A stretch of DNA of 64,000 nt from Octopus vulgaris (taxonomy: Eukaryota), in NCBI GenBank assembly GCA_951406725.2, contig OX597841.1:2542001-2606000 (forward strand). The letters run 5' to 3'. Under the pieces are notes generated by a model. That model worked only from the letters and a program-made list of their open reading frames with translations, did not search any database and was not told where the DNA came from. Every line of letters starts with the position of its first letter. The stretch's first letter is position 1. Positions 63,683 to 64,000 of this stretch are shown here, in pieces. The position numbers and the translations under genes are program-made.

Positions 63683-64000
63683 TATATATTATATATATTT
63701 ATGGAGATGTACTTGCATAGCAAGTGGCCTGATCTGAGATCGTGTGCTGGAACGAGAACAATTGCAGCGTGGAAGGTGTTTCTAAGCCATTTAAGAAACA
63801 CACAAAAACCGTTCGATTCACTTCAACATTTAAATTTAATTTGCCAAAATATTTAAATGTGGAAATGAATCTAACGGTTTTTGTGTGTTTCTTAAATGGC
63901 TTATAAATATTACATTTCACACCGCAATTGTTTTATATATATATATATATATATACTCTTTTATTTGTTTCAGTCATTTGACTGCGGCCATGCTGGAGCA

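Overview
Eukaryotic, AT-rich and repeat-dense DNA. Gene and repeat content suggest a coleoid cephalopod (Octopus-like) genome; this is an inference. The window holds a tandem cluster of eight single-coding-exon C2H2 zinc-finger genes with TGEKPY linkers and 9-16 fingers each. Four are on the - strand and four on the + strand, arranged divergently around ~26 kb. Genes 1-6 share a duplicated cassette: a GGGAARYAACTC box, a GGAAGTGACGTCA (ETS/CRE) motif, a non-coding exon 1, a TE-filled intron, a conserved acceptor, a ~320-350 nt 5'UTR and the CDS; genes 1-5 also share a 3'UTR/polyA signal. Gene 7 has a 1-nt frameshift, and genes 6 and 8 trail decayed fingers after their stop codons. Intergenic and intronic DNA is packed with several tRNA-derived SINE families, RTE and CR1 LINE fragments, non-autonomous Helitrons, GG-ended (Merlin-like) and TTAA (piggyBac-like) MITEs. 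A ~7.8 kb array of ~42 copies of a 186-bp SINE-tail unit produces a probably spurious 2597-aa ORF. Less obvious signals: a minimal type-I hammerhead ribozyme inside a Penelope-like inverted repeat (36361-36403), SINE multimers joined at one invariant junction, and MITE copies flanked by 73-190 bp duplications instead of short TSDs. Family assignments come from motif recognition only; no database search was run.
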